Positions 52,577 through 55,090 of a stretch of DNA of 55,090 bases are shown piece by piece; position 1 is the first letter of the stretch, and the number at the start of each line of letters is the position of its first letter. The stretch spans positions 1-55,090 of the forward strand of contig JAJVUU010000002.1 of assembly GCA_021621525.1 (NCBI GenBank), read 5' to 3'. The notes beneath the pieces are model-generated. The model did not search any database and was not told the DNA's origin. It saw only the letters and a list, made by a program, of their open reading frames with translations. Source of the DNA: Bacillales bacterium. GTDB lineage: Bacteria; Bacillota_I; Bacilli_A; RFN20; CAG-288. The position numbers and the translations under genes were made by a program.

Positions 52577-53548
52577 ATGAAAGAATTCGAACAGCCGAAG
52601 TTCAATATCGACAAATCCGACATCCGTCCGAATTATGGACGTTTCACCGTCACTCCGCTTGAAACGGGTTATGGTGTCACTGTCGGTAACGCTTTGAGAA
52701 GAGTCCTTCTCTCCTCTTTACCTGGTATTGCCGTCTATGCCATCGAAGTCGATGGCGCACGTCATGAATACACTCCACTTCCAGGTGTAGTTGAAGATCT
52801 GACGCAGATTGTCCTCAACATCAAGGAACTCGTCCTTCATGATGATTCCGATATCGATGAAGACAAGATCCTGAAACTCGATGTTACTGCCAAAGACGAT
52901 GAAAAGACCGTCAAGGCCGGAGATATCGTCTGCCCGGACATGGTTTCCGTCGTCAACAAGGAGATGGTCATCTGCCATCTTGCCAAGGGCGGTCACATCC
53001 GTATGTCCTTATACGCCAAGAAGGGCCGTGGATTCATCACTGCTGAAGAAAACAAGGCTTCCAATTGGCCGTTAGGATTGATTGCTGTCGATTCCAACTT
53101 CTCTCCAATTGTCAAAGCCAACATCACCGTCGAACCGACCCGTGTCGGCCACGACGCCAACTATGAAAAGCTTGTCATCGATGTTACGACCGATGGAAGC
53201 ATGGAAGCCAGCGACGCTGTTGCTTTGGCTGCCAAAATCCTCGATGAGCACTTCAAGCTCTTCGAAGATCTCAACCAGGCTGTCAAGGATGCGACAGTCA
53301 TGGCCACCAGCAAAGAAAAACCTGAGAATCAGTTCAATTCTATGACTCTTGAGGATCTGGACCTTTCCGTCCGTTCCTACAACTGTCTCAAGAGAAATGG
53401 ACTGAAGACTGTCCAGGAACTTTGCAACATGAAGGAATCCGAACTGATGACCGTCCGTAACCTTGGAAAGAAGTCCTACAAGGAAATTCTCGACAAGTTG
53501 GCGGCCTTCGGTTTATCCCTCCAGCATGACGATAACACCAAGAAGTAA
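52577..53548 (+). CDS. rpoA: DNA-directed RNA polymerase alpha subunit
   Basis: GRF.V.PLE.G.G.T.GNALRR.LLSSLPG and the C-terminal domain LDLSVRSYNCLKR.G..TV.EL. Confidence 0.96.
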   Translation: MKEFEQPKFNIDKSDIRPNYGRFTVTPLETGYGVTVGNALRRVLLSSLPGIAVYAIEVDGARHEYTPLPGVVEDLTQIVLNIKELVLHDDSDIDEDKILKLDVTAKDDEKTVKAGDIVCPDMVSVVNKEMVICHLAKGGHIRMSLYAKKGRGFITAEENKASNWPLGLIAVDSNFSPIVKANITVEPTRVGHDANYEKLVIDVTTDGSMEASDAVALAAKILDEHFKLFEDLNQAVKDATVMATSKEKPENQFNSMTLEDLDLSVRSYNCLKRNGLKTVQELCNMKESELMTVRNLGKKSYKEILDKLAAFGLSLQHDDNTKK

Positions 53549-53564
53549 AGAGAGGTAAACTACT

Positions 53565-53972
53565 ATGGGTACTATTGGTAGAAGAAATGTACACGGCAAG
53601 GGCGGTGTCCGCTTCAAGGCCGGTTATACTTCCGACAAGAGAAAGAATATGCTCAGAAACGTCGTTTCTCAGCTTATCATCTCTGGTCAGGTCGAAGTCA
53701 CTCTGACGGTTGCCAAGCGTGCAAGCCAGGAAGCCGAACGCCTTGTCACATATGCCAAGGCCGGTGATCTTGCAAACCGCCGTCTTGCTGCCAGATTTGT
53801 CCGTGAACAGGGATTCATCGATCCGAAGACCGGCAAGAATGCCTTGCAGAAGCTCTTCGATGTCTATGGCCCGAAGTACAAGGACAGAAACGGTGGCTAC
53901 ACCAGAGTCCTGAAGACTTACAATCGTCGTGGCGACAATGCCCCGATGGCCATCTTAGCCTTCGTCGACTAA
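53565..53972 (+). CDS. rplQ: 50S ribosomal protein L17 (with short N-terminal extension)
   Basis: KRKNMLRN....LI....V.T....AK and GGYTR..K...R.GD.A.MA.L.FV motifs. Confidence 0.95.
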   Translation: MGTIGRRNVHGKGGVRFKAGYTSDKRKNMLRNVVSQLIISGQVEVTLTVAKRASQEAERLVTYAKAGDLANRRLAARFVREQGFIDPKTGKNALQKLFDVYGPKYKDRNGGYTRVLKTYNRRGDNAPMAILAFVD

Positions 53973-53985
53973 TCAACAATAATGC

Positions 53986-54016
53986 CTTAGGCTTCATGCC
54001 TAAGACATTTTTATTT
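53986..54016. terminator. operon-end terminator (bidirectional position)
   Basis: CTTAGGC-TTCAT-GCCTAAG followed by ACATTTTTATTT, between rplQ and the convergent nitroreductase gene. Confidence 0.6.
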
Positions 54017-54020
54017 GGCT

Positions 54021-54677
54021 TTATTCGATTGTTTTCTTACCGGATATCATCTCAAAATGGCAGTTTGCGATACCTAGGTCAAGCTTGGTATAGAATCCGC
54101 CCTTGGTGCTTCTTTTTACCTGGCCGTCTTCCTGGAGTTCAAAACGGAACTTCTGCTGATTCATGGCTGTCGGTGCAAGAAGGGCAGCTTTGACTCCCTC
54201 CAAGAACCAGGAAGGGGAGTCTTTTTTAGCGTTGCTTGCTTTTTCAATCGGCTTGCTTTGGTGGCTGACTCCCTGAGTGACACCATAGCCTAAGGCGATG
54301 AGGCAGACGAGTTTTTCACCTTTCTGAATGATTGCCTTGCTCTTTCCGTGGGTCAGAGCGACAAAGCAGGTGTTCAGTCCAAGCTCCTGAGCCTTCAGTA
54401 CGATTCTCTCTCCCTGATAGCCGAGTGTTTCATCCAAGGGGTCTGACTTCTTTTTGATGAGGGCGATGTAATTTTTCACACCGCTGAATTTTCCGTAGTG
54501 TGCCATGAAGGAATCAAAGCTCTTCGGCTCGTCATAGATGGCCTGGATATGGAGATTGTTCTCTTGGTTGATTTCTGCTATGAGGGTATCCAGGATAGCC
54601 TTCTTTTCTTCTTCAATCGGTTTGTCCTGGTATTGTCTTACGCTGTGACGGCTCTTCATGACTTCAATGAGTTCCAT
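54021..54677 (-). CDS. nitroreductase-family flavoprotein
   Basis: MELIEVMKSRHSVRQYQDKPI (the R.S.R.. FMN-binding N-terminus) and a family-typical length. An alternative upstream ATG exists at 54704. Confidence 0.8.
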   Translation of the reverse strand: MELIEVMKSRHSVRQYQDKPIEEEKKAILDTLIAEINQENNLHIQAIYDEPKSFDSFMAHYGKFSGVKNYIALIKKKSDPLDETLGYQGERIVLKAQELGLNTCFVALTHGKSKAIIQKGEKLVCLIALGYGVTQGVSHQSKPIEKASNAKKDSPSWFLEGVKAALLAPTAMNQQKFRFELQEDGQVKRSTKGGFYTKLDLGIANCHFEMISGKKTIE

Positions 54678-55090
54678 GGTCTTGTTTTCCTTTCTTGGTT
54701 TCATTGTTCCTGTCTGGCATTGTCTTCAGAATTTCCAAGGCATGATTCAGCATGTCGATGAGACTTTGAAGACTGTCTTTCCGGATCAAAATAATAGTAG
54801 TTCTTCGTTTCTTCCTTTCGCATCTTGCCCAAACCGTTATTCTTCATGACCTTCGGATGGTGGCTGGTCCTTTTGAACGAATCTATTATACGACGTTCGC
54901 TTCCTTTTCTTTTATCGAGAAAGAAAATCGAGAATGATGGAATGGATAGAGGAGAGAAAAAACGCGATGATTGCATGGGTTGACGATGATTGCAAAAAAT
55001 ATATATAAATTGTAAATTTAAAATGGATTAAATCTAGAAATCAATGTAAAAATTTGCAAAAAATATAATAATTACAGATAATTAGAATAT

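Noticed and set aside
54701-54976. 91-aa ORF upstream of the nitroreductase gene, overlapping its alternative start as ATGA.
   Set aside because: The sequence is low-complexity and charged with no recognisable fold or SD. It may be non-coding leader or promoter DNA. It is kept only as a reason for uncertainty about the nitroreductase start.
1-55090. Mobile elements, prophage, integrons, rRNA/tRNA genes and alternative genetic code (TGA recoding).
   Set aside because: No transposase, integrase or recombinase-like ORF and no terminal inverted repeats were seen. No tRNA-like T-arm (GGTTCGAATCC-type) motif was noticed in the intergenic regions read by eye, which is not an exhaustive scan. Several well-supported genes end in TGA (ACP, the Fur-family gene), so the standard code applies.

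Overview
The window comes from a low-GC Gram-positive (Bacillota-type) chromosome. This is inferred from lipobox lipoproteins, an ECF folT behind a THF riboswitch, a type-Z S14 and the S10-spc-alpha gene order. An Erysipelotrichia-like gut origin is only a guess.

The right third (38.9-54.0 kb, + strand) is the canonical ribosomal super-operon: rpsJ through rplO, then secY-adk-map-infA-rpmJ-rpsM-rpsK-rpoA-rplQ. There is no L30 gene, and many r-proteins carry charged extensions.

The left 38.7 kb is a mixed-orientation accessory and metabolic region. It holds:
- a Zur-controlled Zn ABC importer;
- bioY and a MerR regulator;
- a GH2/GH43/fucO sugar block;
- a MATE pump behind a terminator-containing leader;
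- two paralogous AAA ATPase/DUF4143 genes, each preceded by its own tandem-repeat array;
- a 1024-aa lipoprotein built from eight repeated modules;
- three decayed genes.

The most interesting element is a divergent two-operon locus at 0.8-9.2 kb. One arm encodes an acyl-AMP ligase, a stand-alone carrier protein and an acyl-ACP thioesterase. The other arm encodes a homolog of the Cutibacterium acnes polyenoic fatty-acid isomerase, two CrtI/RetSat-family flavoenzymes and an FNR-like 2Fe-2S reductase. I interpret it as an undescribed fatty-acid double-bond remodelling system, either biohydrogenation or desaturation. That interpretation is inference, not demonstration.

No rRNA, tRNA, CRISPR array, transposase or integrase was seen.
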